A stretch of DNA of 64,000 nt from Vicugna vicugna. Lineage: Eukaryota. The stretch is from positions 1,550,001 through 1,614,000 of the forward strand of contig MU058213.1 in NCBI GenBank assembly GCA_013265495.1, given 5' to 3'. The position numbers and the translations under genes are program-made. This document shows, piece after piece, positions 38,389 to 52,687 of this stretch (position 1 is its first letter; the number at the start of each line of letters is the position of its first letter). Under the pieces are notes generated by a model, which worked only from the letters and a program-made list of their open reading frames with translations, ran no database searches and had not been told where the DNA came from.

Positions 38389-40229
38389 TAATCATTAAAA
38401 AAAAGGGGGATATAGTCATAAAAACAAAATTTAAAGATATCTGACTGGTGAAGGGCTCTTAATTAGATGGGTCATGGCCAATATAGGTTTATTTATAGTA
38501 GCTATTGGGACTTTTCACAGACTATATTTTATTGACAAGTTCCAGCCCTCAAATTTTGTCTTTGAATAGGTATGTACAACCTTAGAAAAACTGATAATTC
38601 ATGACAAAAATGTTATTTTGCTGATTCACCCATGTTATGATTTAGCTTTCAAAATTTCCTCATTTCAGTTGGCTTTGTGCCATATCTTTATTTAGCATCA
38701 TCAGAGAAATGGAAGTTTTTGGCTAATGAGAGTCTCTAGTAAGTGGGCAGTATCCAGGCAGCTCACTTATGACCAATTCAGGAAGAATTTTAAATACAGT
38801 GAAACTCATGGACACCCTGATGAATGTAATATTGGGTCCTGTTTCAGTGATTCAGAAGGGTGTTGGGGTTATGCTTTAGGGTCATAATTTGAGCAACAGT
38901 TATAACTGCAGTAGAAATATGTGGCTGATGGCTAATAGAAAATTCCCATTAACTGAATGCCAGACTGGACAGGAATAGCTGTACTTCTTTTCACTTACAA
39001 GTTAATAAATAAGTGAATCGGGATTGTAATTAGGCTCACCCTTTTTGCTTTATACTTCTATATTTCTGTCTGTGTCCTGGTTCTTACCCAGGGGTTGTGG
39101 ATGCTATACCAGAGACCAGGGGAGGATTCTCACAGTGGCATGACTTCAGTGTCAGCATAACGGGAATTCTTTCTCTCTGTCCATGTGATCTCCTACGATA
39201 ATTCAGTAATTGCAAATGGAAAAAAACATTATCTTCTATAGACGTATAAGATTTAGTGCTTTAATGCTTATTCAGTGGTTGGGATGCTTAGATGAAATGT
39301 AATACAGCAATACAAAAAAATACTCATTGGAATTTTAGTGGTTTTTTTTGTTTTTGTTTTTTACTAATTTATATTTATTGGCCAAGTCCTGCTGGGACCA
39401 TTAGAATTAGAGTTGTATTATGTTAACATTTAAATCTCTATTTTCAAATGCTTTTGACATGTGGTATATGTTTTCGAGACAGAGGGGATTTCATCTTAAA
39501 TAAAATGTGAGGGAAAAAAACAACCCAATTGCACATCTTTTACTTAAGGGAACCAATGAAATAAGTTAGTGTTTTCAGAGTGTTCTGTACCTCTGTAACT
39601 TAAAAATGATATATTTTTTTAAAAACAGGATTTTGTTAATTTTCACATATCACAACTTTGTATTAGGACTTGGGATATGAAAGCAAAGGAGAATTAGTTA
39701 TTCAGAGGGGGAAACAAAGTCAAACAAAAAGAAATGACCAGTTTGGAATAATTAACGTAGTCACAGATACATCATTTTGCGGATGTCTCAATGTTGATTC
39801 CTAGCATCAGCATAATTTAGTCCCATAGGTTCTTGCTCTGTAGCTTTCCTTGTGGCTATTTCATATGTCATCATTTTAGCTTCTTCTCATTGAATAACCC
39901 CAGCATAAATCCAGGGATCTGGGAAATTTTAGCTTGAATTTAGCCCACCCCAAAGGAAAGGTAGAATATTCTCTCAAGATATTCTTTACATATTTAAATT
40001 CAAAATTTTCCTTTTAGAGCTGCACAGGAAATAGAAAATAAGTCTGTTAGAATCCAAAGACAAGATTTCACCTAAAAATATCTGGATTCTCCGTCTCTTA
40101 AATTCAGGTGCAAGGCTTGTGAGGCAAGGAGGATTGCAAACCTAGACTAGTTATAATTTGTCTGTATGTTTAACATCTTTGCCCTGAAAGACCCCACAGA
40201 GCTGAGCTTACCATTCAAATATATGAGAA

Positions 40230-40870
40230 ATGAGCTCATTCAATTTTAATTGTCATCTTGCTGCATTTAATTATAACGTAACCTGTCTTAACTCATGGCT
40301 GCTGTATAATAAATTCAATTACTTTGGTTTTCCTTTCTATGTATATAAACAAATTTCCAGGGAAAGCAGCGTTGCAAACTTGTGAACAGGGGAAGTGAGT
40401 AACCCTTAATTTTCAAATCATAATCTCATTAGAGCGTGTATGTCTGTGTTTCTGTGCATGTGTGTGTAAAATTTGTTATTCTAAGGAGAAAGGCAACACC
40501 TGTATAATTAGACCACCCTCCTGGGGCCCCGAGGGTGTCCTAATAAAGAAAATTTCATACATTGACGTGCTTCCCATCTCTTCATTTCTTTGTTCTCTCA
40601 CCCTGTTGTTAATAATACCCTGCAGCAAAAAAATGTTTGTGAAGCTAAGGGCTGTCCAGAGAAGAGAAAAGGTCATGATCCCCCTCCTGTGTGTTCATCA
40701 GCAAACGAACACCAATCTGAAAGTAAGAGGATACCTGTCAATATGGAGTGGGCAGGCGGCGGCATACCATCAAATTGAAGGCAGCGAACGCTCACACAGT
40801 TGTACTGAGCGCCACCCTTAACCTAAAATCAATAATCACCAGAGTATTACAATATGAGGTGACTGAATCA
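40230..40870. promoter_or_regulatory. Candidate conserved non-coding element / enhancer
   Basis: Repeat-free; TAATCTCATTA 40421-40431, TAAACAAA 40346-40353, many TAAT cores, five CpGs in 40755-40812. Confidence 0.5.
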
Positions 40871-41774
40871 TAGGGGGTAGTGGTGGAGGGAGAGGATGTA
40901 TGTATGAAGCTTTATAAATGCTAAAAGTAAGGAATGTGGGGCATTTCTCATCATCTTCGGATTTCTAGGATGAGTGTGTTATAGACGATCAAGTGAATAA
41001 AACAGTTGGAGAGCCTAAGGCACCCCATTTTATTAATGTACAGTGTGGCAGGTTTCTTAAACTTCTTCCTCAATGAAATGGTGAAAATCTGCCTGCTTGA
41101 TTTCAGGCCCGAAATTTGAGTGCAGTGAGTAATATTAATTCATGTGTATTTTATTATTATTGCCTTAGACAATTGCATTAACAGTGTATGTGTCATAAGA
41201 TAAATGTCATTCTTATAATAGAGAGGAAAAAAGATCCTTGTAGACTAGATTTTTTTTTAAAAGAATTGAATGAAGAGATACTGTTGTTTACCAGATTGCT
41301 TTAAACAAAGTCCTTTTCCTCTCTTCCCCTGGAACTCTTTGATTTGAGGAGTTGTGTGAGAAAACTCTCCTCTTCCAGGAAGACTTCTGAGATAAGAGAA
41401 GGATTTCCCCATCTGCTGGGTTACTGCCTTAATGCTTACTGCCCTCAGGCTACAGGGATTAATCTAATAGAAAAATTGAATAATACACAGTAAAAAATAT
41501 AGGACTTCAAACAAAAGTTATACAAAACTTGTGTGTTTATAGACTGCTTTCTAAAGGCATATTTGTCACTGCATTGTTTAAGTCCTGAGTAGTATTTCTT
41601 TTGGGAGAGTGTGAACTACAGCAACAAAACTATAAAACATAGTGTTAGAGTAAATGTATTTGGTGATAATGAGTTTTATCTTGCAGTTACTCTTTTTTTT
41701 GCCCTTACCTTTTAGAAGTGGAAATATTTTGCCCTTTCTAGTAATCAACTTGATTTCATTATTTTGTTTTGTTT

Positions 41775-41955
41775 GTCTGTCTATGTATGTACATATGATG
41801 TATGTGTGTATCTATATGTGAATGTGTGTATCTATCCATGTATATATGCATACATGCATGTATTTGTCTGTCTGTATGTATCTGTATATTTATGTAGATA
41901 TGTGTGTATGTATCGGTCCATGTAAATATGTATGTGTGTATGTATCTATCTCTGA
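41775..41955. repeat. Degenerate (TG/TA)n low-complexity tract
   Basis: Direct inspection. Confidence 0.85.
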
Positions 41956-43539
41956 TTCTATTTATTTGTGCTGCTGGCAGCCTAAGAAGTACAGGTTGGG
42001 GGACTTTTCTGCCAGCTATTTTATAAGCAAAACTTAGGCTCTTGCTCTACCCAAATCCAGACTTAGATAAAAATTTAAAAACATTGGATGAAATCAGACA
42101 TTCAAGTCCTATAGGTTTCTGTCAGATAGCTTAGCTAGGCCTTAAAAACAGAACTGAGATGAGACTGTTTGTTGGTCTTGATGTTTTGATGTGCTTGACC
42201 ATTCATAGAATTTAGTCAGTTGATGGAAAATCCCACCTGGAAATTCTCTCTTAATTATTACTTCAAGATATCTTACACTTCCTTTGGTAATCCTTCCTCC
42301 CCATACAGACACCTGCAAACATACACACATGGACAACAATCATACCTCCAGAAACACCTTTATCCACAGCACATTTATGGAGTAAATTTAAAAATCAAGA
42401 ATGAGGAGTCTACCCGCTGCAAATGACTGTTCTGATTTCTCCTCTTAATTTCCAAAAGAAATTCAGAGGCAGAAATGATAATTAATTGTAAAGAATGTGA
42501 TTTGCAATCAAGGAAAATGTTAAGTAGGGAAGAGGTGGGGGTAGAGAGTGAAGACCAACCAAACTAAAACTCTTGCAGAGAAGCTGGTCAGGTATCTCCT
42601 GGGGACCTTTCTGGGTTGCTGGCTAGTACTCTTTGAAGTGTATATGCTGCATTGATGTGTGGGTACCTGGAGCCAGCTAGAATGCCAAATCTATTCTTTC
42701 TTTCTCTCTTGGATAATACAGGAGACCTATTGCAGAGACAGAAGCACAGGCAAAAATCATTGCAACTCTCCTGTTGTGGACCAGATGTTTATTAGAGATT
42801 TGCTATAATTTGCAAGGAGAAATAAGAATACAGTATAGCAACATTGGATGCAATTTAATACCCTAGTTTTAGGGCTGATAAATTTGAAAACACTACGTAA
42901 AAAAATAATGAAAACTCTATTGTAAAATGCACAGGTTTTCTTTATCCTGTAGAGCATAGTTTCTTAGCCTGTACTTCCTGAAGAGTCTTGAGTTTGGGGG
43001 CAGCCTATGTAGTGAGTGCAATGAAAAGGGTCTGCAGCATCCTGGAGACACCTGTGAGTGCCAGTGAAGTTGGAGGAGTGAAGGGGGCTGGGGATGGAGT
43101 TCTCTCTTTCGATTAACAACTGCTTAAGCAGCCATCTGGAGAAAGCTTTTACAGAAAAATTCAGGTCAACCTATACCAGGTCAACTTCTATGCCTTGAAG
43201 AATAAGAATACAGCATTCCCATTCAGCACGTAATACAATGCTCTTCACACAGAAATAAATCAATAAATGCTGTTGACTGGTGACTGACATTACTTAATGT
43301 CTACCCTTTACGTGCCTCAAACTGCTTTGACAGTATTCATTCACTGAATTTTTTCTTTCTTTCTTTCTGAAATCTTTCCCTTCCCCATAATTAAGCAAAT
43401 GAGGTAGAGTTAGGCAACCCTGAGGTTTTTTTTTTTAGGCTTCTCTTCATCACTGACATTGGCCAAGTCAGATAACTTTTATGGACCACAGTTGTTGCAA
43501 AAAACATCCTTCTGCAAGTTATTGTAGTACCACCATTAT

Positions 43540-43715
43540 TGTTACAAGCGATGCTACAAAGGACTGTGCTTAGCACTTTACACACATGGTTTCATTTTAA
43601 TCCTCACACCAAGCAAATGAGGTCAGTGCTATTAATATCTCCATTTTTATAGATGAGGAAACAGGCAGAGAGAAGCTAAGGAACTTGCCTAAGGCCATAC
43701 AGCTGTGATTGGTGG
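43540..43715 (-). mobile_element. MIR
   Basis: ttaatcctcacacc...tctccatttttatagatgaggaaacaggcagagagaagctaaggaacttgcctaaggccatacagct. Confidence 0.9.
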
Positions 43716-44699
43716 GGCAGTTAGTTATTGCGTGTTCAGTTAGATTGTAAGATCTTCAAGAGTTATTTTCTCTCTTTCATATCTTCCTACAGCCCCACTT
43801 ACCCCACATCAACATATACACACACACACACACACTCATGCATGTGTATGTACAGGCACACACCACATCACACCACCTTGCCCAGGGGAGAGCTTTGATA
43901 CATTTCAAGCACTTGAACCCATAAAACTCTAAAACTAAAATCAAATCCACGACACTAATTTAAAGGAATGGCAAATTCAGTCAACCTTAGTGTTATCTTG
44001 AGATATAAATATAACAAAAATTTTACTTTTCCCTCAAAGCATCCCAATTTATATGTGACAAAGTCCCAAATTATATAAGTGACTGGAATGATATAAATGA
44101 CAAGGTTGATTTTCATGTGTAACAAGTATAATTAGTAACATTACTTTATAGTCACACCTCATGTTTTCCTAAATTACTCAACCAGGAGAATATGAGAACA
44201 TCAAATTATTTTCCGAAGGGAATCTCATCTGAGTCGATATTTTATTTTGTTGGAGTCTCTGATAACTATTGACCCATAGATTGATGAACTTATTTGAATC
44301 TGAACCTATATCAGACTTCTTAGAACACACTTCTTAATTAAACTTTTAGAGTAGCTGAGTAGATTCTTTTTTGAATTAATATTAATTGCTTGTCAGCAAA
44401 GAAGACTCTTGGAAACAGACTCTTTTTGGGGGTGATTCAGATGTGAATTTATATGGTACTTTCCCCAAACCACTGCTCTATTAAAAATATAAGTAAAAGC
44501 ATCCCAGTGTATTTGCTTTTTATTAGTAACCCCAAAGAACATATCAGTTACCTTTTTATTCACACTTACATCAGGGCTGAGTCTTCTGGTCTCACCTGTT
44601 CAGATCAATGTTCAATGTGGGATCAGCAGTGTGGATAGAATTGACCTTCCCTGACCTCTTTTCCCTAACATAAACCTAGGAAAATGAAAATCGAAGAAC

Positions 44700-45310
44700 A
44701 CTGGGCGGGCCCTTCAGGCTTTCAGTAATCATGCAAAGATAAAGCCTCTGGCTTGCTCCTGCTGGAGGAAATTTGTCTCCAAAATGCTGTGGCCACGCTG
44801 TCATAGAAACTGATTTCATAGGGAGAAATTTGGATAATCAGCAACCTCCTGGGTGCATGAGAGCTACAGCCTGAAGCAAAGAAGCGTTTGGAGAGAATTA
44901 GCAGCAGAGGATCCCAAGATCAATTCTCCTTCAGAGACAAAACATGTATGATCATGGCCAAGGAGGGCAGGTCTTTTTCTATTATCTTCTCAAAGGGGGA
45001 ATGGGAGGTAGGTGGGCTCCAAGGTGGCCTAGGAAATGAAACACATCTTTCTGAGCTCTGATCAATTGTCAAAGACCTGTTTTTGTTTTTGTTTTTTTCT
45101 TATCCTTCTACGTATAATAACATTTTCTTATCCTGCTAAGAAGGCTTACCTGGCACAGATGACTTCTGAAAAACTACATCATCAGCAAGTCAGCAAGATT
45201 ATTACCTTGTTAATTAAGGTCACTGCTCACTAATAATTTAGCCAATAACATGGTATTTTTTAACAAGGCATTTACTGCATTTATTATTTCTTTTGGCTAG
45301 CACTATAATA
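44700..45310. promoter_or_regulatory. Candidate non-coding regulatory block
   Basis: Repeat-free; TTAATTAAGGTCA 45210-45222, GCCAATAA 45241-45248. Confidence 0.35.
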
Positions 45311-45504
45311 AATACAGTGAAATTTATTAATTTATGAAGCTTTTATCTAATACAAATGCATTTGCCATGGTCTTAAATTTTCTCCAGGTCTTCATATTCA
45401 TATGCTATTGCTGTTGTGTTTTTCTAACTCTGAGATACAAGTTTTCTTTGCTGCTAGTAGCTTCATCTGTAACAATACCTATCTTACAAGACCTTCTAAG
45501 GATT

Positions 45505-46185
45505 AAAGGAGTTGATATATAGGAAATTGACCCAAATACATATAAGAATTTAGCAATGGGGGAAAATAAATTATTTAACACATGGTGTTGAAACAGTTGG
45601 ATAGTTATCTGGAGAAAAATTAAATCTTATTCCTACCACATTACTTACATAAATTTCAGATGATTCAAATATTTAATTATATATTAAATTATTCAATTAT
45701 ATACATTTATTTTTATATTTTTTATATTTTATATATATTTATATATATATATATATATAAAAATGAAACCATAAAATACTGGAAGAAAACATAGGTGCCG
45801 TCTTGAGTAAGACTGCCTTTTGTAAGCATAATGCAAACACCATAACAAAAAGGAAAGATTGATAACTACTGACTACAGTAAATTAAAAAGAAAAAAAAAT
45901 CTACCTAGAAAACAAAGCACCATAAAAAAAAGTTAAAGGAAAAATGTCTTTAATTTACATCACAAAGGGCCTGTTTTCTTCTTATATGAATATTTCCTAT
46001 GAATCAGTGAGATAAAGACCAATAATACCCAAAATAAAAACAGACAAATAATACGAACAGGAAAGGAAATACAAATGGCTCATAACATGTCCAGCCTTGT
46101 TCTTAAGGAGAAAGTTGCAAATTAAAACTATAAAAGAGAATTGCAAATTCAAACCATGATGAGTTAATACTCTTGCAATGTTAAC
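45505..46185 (+). mobile_element. Old L1 ORF2 3' fragment with (TA)n at ~45700-45760
   Basis: aaataaattatttaacacatggtgttgaaacagttggatagttatctgg...ccataaaatactggaagaaaacatagg...gaaaggaaatacaaatggc. Confidence 0.8.
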
Positions 46186-46194
46186 AATTCTGTT

Positions 46195-46990
46195 TATCAA
46201 TAGTTCACATTGTTTAATACATGGATGAGCTATATAGATACATAAATATAATCATATAAAATCACAGAGATATATATGACACAAGATCCTACAAAAGATC
46301 ACATACTGCATTTAGTTGTCATGTCTCTTTATTCTTCTTTAGTATAGAAAAATTCCTCTTTTTTTGTCTTTCTTGGCATTTTTGAAGAGTCAAGGCTAAT
46401 TTTCTTTCAGAATGTTTCCACCCAAATCAAACCTGCATAAGAAGATATACTCAGAGAGCTCTCCTTCCCATCCCTATCCCATTTACTTATATTCCCACTT
46501 ATCCCTATAGGTACTGTTTTCATTATTTTCTGATGTATTCTTCTGGTGTTTTATTTATTTATTTATTTTTTTGCAGAAATAAGAGTAGATAGATATGGAT
46601 AGATGATGGATAGATACAGATATATTTCCTCTTTTTTCATATACAGAAGGTAATGTACTACGTATACACTCTTCTGCACCTTGCTTTTAAATTTAATAGC
46701 ATATACATATCAGTTTATAGAGATCTTTATTCTTGTGAATTCCTGTGTAGAAGCAACATAGTTTATTCAACTAGGATCTAGTGATAGACATATAGTTTAA
46801 TTCTAATATTTTGTAGTCCTAATAATGCTGTAATGAATAAATTTATGTTTATGTTGTTGTAAAAGTAGATCTTCAAGAAAACTATCAAGTTTTGAAACAT
46901 GTTAATAATGTTTCCCTCAAGATGCCATTTGTGTGTATTATGATTTTTTTTATAAGCTCCAGATACTGTTGGCAACCAGTATACATAAAT
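46195..46990 (-). mobile_element. L1MC5-like and L1ME-like 3' end fragments
   Basis: gatcacatactgcatttagttgtcatgtctctttattc; ctcttctgcaccttgctttt...aataatgctgtaatgaataa. Confidence 0.65.
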
Positions 46991-48349
46991 GGCAGAAGTA
47001 ATGGCCAGTCTCTATGTGCCAGACAATTGCTAAGGTTTTTAAATGCTCTCTTAAAATATTATATGGCATTTTATTAGGCAACTCAAGCATAAGTAAAGGG
47101 TATGCATTTTTCTCTCCTTCTTTCAGCTTTTCTGTTAACTTGATATTTATCAAGAAATAAAGGGACATTTAGTGGTCTTAATATGCTTAAAAACAAGTAA
47201 CGGCCACTTTTTAGAAATAATAAACAACCAAAGTCAACTCAAACATTAGTATTTTTGTTAAAGAGAAATCCAAGGACTTTGACTCAATGAGGAAACATAA
47301 TATCAAATCTTCCATTGAATATTTCCCCCCAAATCTGCAGAGACGCTTTATATTTTCTATAGTTTTATGGGAAGCCAGAAAGCTAGAAACACTTTGAGGT
47401 TACCTTAACCTCTATATAAAGTCATCTACTTTTTTTTTTAATAAGTGGTTGGTTCAGAAACACTAGTAGCAACAAATTCTACATGAATTCCATTTACTTT
47501 TGAAAAATTGTGTTTATATCAAGGGCTTGGTTTGGGGAATATTGCTGGTGCTCTGCATATGTCTATTTTCTAAGAATCTGGAGGCACCAGGGGTAGTGGT
47601 GGCAAGAAGCACCACCAGCCACTGGCCTGTCCTGCCACCAGCCTTATTTTCCATCCCGTCCTTTCTCCAACTCCAAGTCTTATGCATTGTTTACTCTCAA
47701 GGGTAGTATCTTCTGTTGAGCAGTGGGGCCATGCTTGCCAGTGAAGGACCTGGAAGTGGAGATGTTGGAGGCTCTGGCAGCAAGTTGGAAGCCAGTGCTG
47801 CCATCTGCATGGCAGTCTCTAGATGCTGACTCCGTTCCAGTCTACATGGTCACAAAAACTTCTCTAACTTACCCTGTCCTCTCCTCTGCCCTCGTGCTAG
47901 TCCAGAGGAGGAACAAAAGCTTCATTCTTACGTTCTCCCAAATTTCTGAATTCTTATCGTTTCCTAAGACCTAGGTTCTTGAATCTCAAATACCAAAAAT
48001 CTGCCTTACCCTACGCTGTGGCATCCCTCCCTGTGGCAATGCATTCAGACTGTCTGACTTATAGGCAAAAGGATAAAGGAGAGTCATATCTGTTAGTATT
48101 TCTAATAATATTAAACATTTCTTTTTGGCCCAATGCCCTGACTTTCTTGTCCCACTCTCCTTACATGCTTCCCCTCCAAACTCTATAAGAAAAGCATTGT
48201 CAGCCAGAAGAGATTAATAAATGATCTTACTTTCAACATTATTATTTACTAGAGGGCTGTGTAACAGCAGGAGGTTTATTTAAGTGTTTTCTAAGCCTCT
48301 TGTGTCCAACCTTCATCTCTCCTCCTTGCTCATTTCTCATCTCAAAGTC

Positions 48350-48530
48350 AAAAGCTTAGTCTTTGGGGACAAATAGAGCTGGCACTAAATCCTGGTTCTG
48401 CAAGATAAATAAGACCTCACACTCACTTTCAACATCTGTAAAATGGGGATAACAATACCTATTTGATAGATTTTTAATTAGGGTTCAATAAAGTATATTT
48501 CCAGTGCTTAGCACAGTATAGGTGATCAGT
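48350..48530 (+). mobile_element. MIR
   Basis: aaatcctggttctgc...catctgtaaaatggggataacaatacctat...gtgcttagcacagt. Confidence 0.85.
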
Positions 48531-49544
48531 ACCTTCTCACTTCTGACTTCTTGCCTATTCTGTTCTCTTTCCAAATAGGCATCTATTGCTGAAATATTAC
48601 AATTAAAAATGATAAAGTAAATAAAAAATAGAATCAAAGGTACCACCCTACAATCTCATAACCATTTTTTACTTTTCTTTTCCCAAGTTTCGTTTCTGTC
48701 CAGCCCTGAAGGATCTCTGTAGTCTTTCATGAAAAAGTTACAGTCTTTGAACAAACTTTCATATTAAAGAGTTCAGTATTCTTTCAGGGTGGCTGGAAGA
48801 ATATCCTCTGTTTTCGTTTCTAAGTCTTGAGATTTCAGAATTTGGGGCAGGACTGTTATGTTGAAGATGAGCGGAGAGGAAAGAAGAGGAAAAAAAGATG
48901 AAATGGAGTGATGGGGATAAGAAAAAGAGAGTTGTAAGGGTAAAGGCATAAGGATTATGGGTTGTCTTGTAAAATAGAACTGATAAAGCATTTTCAAGAT
49001 AGCTTTCTCCTTTTCTTACCCTCTGTACTAAGATAAATTTGCTTTTCAGCTTATGATTATGGATTAATTTATGACTTTCCTTAATTGTCTGAGCAATGCA
49101 GGGTTAATGTCCTGGTAAGGACAAGTTCTCTTTTACTTTATGAGAGCAATCACTTAACGAAAATTAGGCTATTATTTTTTATCTCCCTCTCCTTGGCAAT
49201 GCCTGATACCACAAAACACTTCTGCAAATTTTCCTCCCCTTGTTCTGTGTTGGGGAATAGATCTCTGTTTGGCTTTGATGCTTTGAATATTTACTGATAG
49301 TTGATGACAAGATTAAACTCCAGAAATTTCATCTGATAAATCAGGTTTGAGCAGTATGTCTTCCCAGGGCTGTGAAAATTCTTTCTTGATTGACTGTTGA
49401 TTCTAGGAGAAACTATTGCTAAGAAAGAATTTGGTACCAGAAGAGCCCCAAGGGGTATGGCATCCCTTTCTTTTTCCCAAAGCATTGAACTAGGGCTGGA
49501 GGAAACAAAGTGTTGCCAAAAATACAGTGGGGGACCATAGAGGG

Positions 49545-49655
49545 GCCTGGGGTTGGCTCTAGGCTCTCCTGAGTACTAGCTGTGTGAGTTAGAGCAAATA
49601 CTTATACTTAATTTTAGTTCCCTCATCTGTGGAATGGAGATAAATATACCTATGT
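49545..49655 (+). mobile_element. MIR fragment
   Basis: tactagctgtgtgagttagagcaaatactta...cctcatctgtggaatggagataa. Confidence 0.75.
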
Positions 49656-49743
49656 TGGATTCTGTCACTAGTGATTGATTACTTTTATAAACATTCACTG
49701 GTTTCTACTCCATATCAGACCCTTCACTAGTTTTTCAGGGAAT

Positions 49744-50180
49744 GTCTGGTAAGGTTGGGCTTGCCAGAAGCAGACCCTGAGACAAGGATTTGCATGAAAA
49801 TAATTTATGAAGGAATGCTCCCAGAAGAAACCTATAACAGTGTGGTAGAAACATCAAAGGGAAGGAGCCAAGCAAGGTGTGATTTCAGGGTTTCTGCCTG
49901 ATACCTCAGGGGAACCCAGAGTCTGTCATACCCCAGTATTTGTTCCAACGTGTGGCAAAGAGAGCATACTCTAGTACCAAACAGTCAGTGGCTAAGGGCT
50001 GTCCTGTGGAAGAAGGATGAATATAAACTCTAGATCCTTTCAGGTCTTCATCTGTGCAGGCAAAATGGCTCCAATTGCTTAAGATTAGTCTTCCAAAGAG
50101 GGTTGCAAATGCAAGCTACTAGAAACAGAAGCATACAGAATGCAGAGGAGGAAATCCAGAGATGGTTAAGGGGATTCCAG
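49744..50180 (-). mobile_element. ERVL LTR (LTR16/LTR33 group)
   Basis: ggttgggcttgccagaagcagaccctgagacaaggatttgcatg...gggaaggagccaagcaagg...cagtggctaagggctg. Confidence 0.75.
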
Positions 50181-50184
50181 TGTT

Positions 50185-50525
50185 TTCATAAGGCGGATAC
50201 AGTGGTGAACAAAACAAATATAGTATCTTACCTCATAGGTTTTTATATTCTTAAGAGGAGATACAGAGAAATAAACAAGGGGCACAGGGAAAGGGTCAAG
50301 GAAGTTTTCCCCAAAAGAAGTGATGTCTACTTGATGATTAGGTGCGGATGAGGGGGTCTTCCAGGAAGCAGTTCTGCGTATGTGTGGTTCAGAATTAAGA
50401 GACTGTTGGCATATTTGAGGAACTGAAAGAAATCCAGTCTTGGCTGGAATATACGTGGATGGTGGGAAAGTGAGGGTGTTGAGGAATGATGCTGTGGTCT
50501 CTGATAGTACAGAGCTTGTAGGGGC
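50185..50525 (-). mobile_element. L2 fragment
   Basis: ggatacagtggtgaacaaaaca...tttgaggaactgaaagaaatccagtcttggctggaa. Confidence 0.7.
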
Positions 50526-51104
50526 TGGGTCAGAGTTAGAGGAATTATTGCAAGTTATATGCTCAGTGTCTAGTAGATACTCTATAAATAATAACTAATG
50601 TGAGAAGTAATAGTTCATAGTAGAAGTAGTAGTTATTAGAAGTGCTCCTTCTCCTCCCCCCATCCTTCCCCCATCCTTCCCCCCTCCTCCTCTTCCTCCT
50701 CCTTTACAACTATTACTATTAACTTGGGACCAAAATAAAAGCCTGGCTATGTTAGGCTGTTTATTTACTTATTTATTGTCTGTCTCTCCAGTCAGTCTGT
50801 CAGTTCCACGAAGGTAGGGACTGTATTTTATCCAAAAATTCAGCATTATATATTTGTTAAGTAAATAAATACATGTTTTTGAGCATCTACTACATGCAGG
50901 TACTGTCTAAGATACTGTAGGGGGTCCAAGGATGAACAAAACAGTTTCCATTCTCAGGAGTATATTCATTTATTCACTAAATGGTTATTCATTGAACACA
51001 TTTAGTAGCATGTACTAAACCTTTGCTAGGTTCTAGGAATAGTTATGAGCAAATCACAGGGACAGACATAAGATCCCTGCCCTCATGGAACTTACCATCT
51101 AGCA

Positions 51105-51918
51105 TCATTGTTCTCAACTCAGTATGCACAGTTCTGTCGCATAGGCAGCATATGAAAATTTGTGGAGATGTTTTGGGTTGTCAAAATGTTAGTGGATGCT
51201 GTTGGCATTGTGTAGGCAGAAGTGAGTGAAGCTAGGTGTCCTACAATGCTCAGGACAGACCCATACAATGAAGAGTTATCCTTTATTGCATATGTCTTTC
51301 AATCATCTTGAAGGACAACATTCATGTAGGTGAAAAAATCTCTTTTCATTGAGTCTAGAGATCAGTTCTTTTACATATGAAACTAAAAGTTTTTGTAAGA
51401 TTTTATTTTATATGTGTATATTTTTGTTATGGTAAAAAATGCACAACATAAAATTAGTCATCTTAATCATTTCTAAGTGTACAGTCTGGTAATGTTAAGT
51501 ATATTCACATTGTTATGCAACAGATCTCCAGAACTTTTTCGTCTTACAAAATTGAAGCTCTCTACCCATTAAAAAACACTCCCTAATTCCTTCTTCCCCA
51601 GCCCCTGGCAATTACCATTCTACTTTCTATTTCTATGAATTTGACTGCTCTAGATAATTTACGTAAGTAGAATCATACAGTATTTGTCTTTTAGGGATAC
51701 CTTATTTCACTTAGCAAATGTCCTCAAAGTTTATCCAGGTTAGAGGATGTGTTAGAATTTCTTTCCTCTTTAAGGTGGAATAATATTCCATTGTATGCAT
51801 AGACCACATTTTGTTTATCTGTTCATTTGTTCATGGACACTTGCATTATTTTCACCACTTAGCTATTGTGAATAGTGCTACTAGGAACATAGATGTGCAA
51901 ATATCTCTTTGAGAGCAG

Positions 51919-51949
<31 letters not shown>

Positions 51950-52535
51950 ATTATTATTATTATTTTGGGTATATGCCCAGAAGTAGAATTACTGGATCAT
52001 ATAATAATTCTATTTTTAGTTTTATACTGATTTTTCCTTCTTAAATACAGTTGTAAATTAAGGAAAGATTGCATTTCATTTTGTTTGCAATTTTACCAAG
52101 AGTTGCTCACCATTTAAGAAAAATCACATTGCCAATGGAAATGTTGCTCATGGCATTTAAGTCACCAGCTCAATACACTGGTGACTTAAATACACTATTA
52201 AGTGTATACTCAGTACACTTAAATATACTCAGTACATTATCATATTCACAGCAATTCTGTGTATAATACAGAGTTCAGACTTTTTTTGGTTGTGTCTTCT
52301 AGTATAGTCATGCCCAAGCATTTATATAATAATGTGCACTATTTTGTTAAATATTTTCCTTTTATTTCTCCTTTATATTAAGCTATGCTTACCACATTAT
52401 ATTGTTTTTTTGGAACTATATGTACGGTAAGTTACATAATCTATAAATCTGTTTTCAAGATAGTGAAGTGAAGCTACAAAATATCATTTTAAAAAGGAGT
52501 CATTAGTTTTGAATGGCTTAAATATTCTAAACTTT
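51105..52535 (+). mobile_element. MER20B, near full length, split by an L1 insertion
   Basis: ttctcaac...gtcctacaatgctcaggacag...acattcatgtaggtgaaaaa | gggaagattg-like, ttaccaagagttgctcaccattt, tgtcttctagtatagtcatgcccaagcattta. Confidence 0.8.
51405..52022 (-). mobile_element. L1MB-class 3' end with (TTG)n(TTA)n expansion at 51919-51964
   Basis: acataaaattagtcatcttaatcatttctaagtgtacag...gtatattcacattgttatgcaacagatctccagaac...cccagcccctggcaattaccattctac. Confidence 0.9.
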
Positions 52536-52687
52536 TAAAGTGAACTAAATTCTAATGGGAAACAACTTGAGATACAATGTTTATCACACAAATCAACAAC
52601 AAAAGCTTGAAAACTGCCCTAGTTTTGTAGATTAGACTTGTTAGAGGCTGACAAGTATTTTTATATACATCTAAAACAATGGACATG

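Noticed and set aside
37975..38444. Two overlapping ORFs over 100 aa
   Set aside because: Almost entirely within an MLT1C solo LTR.
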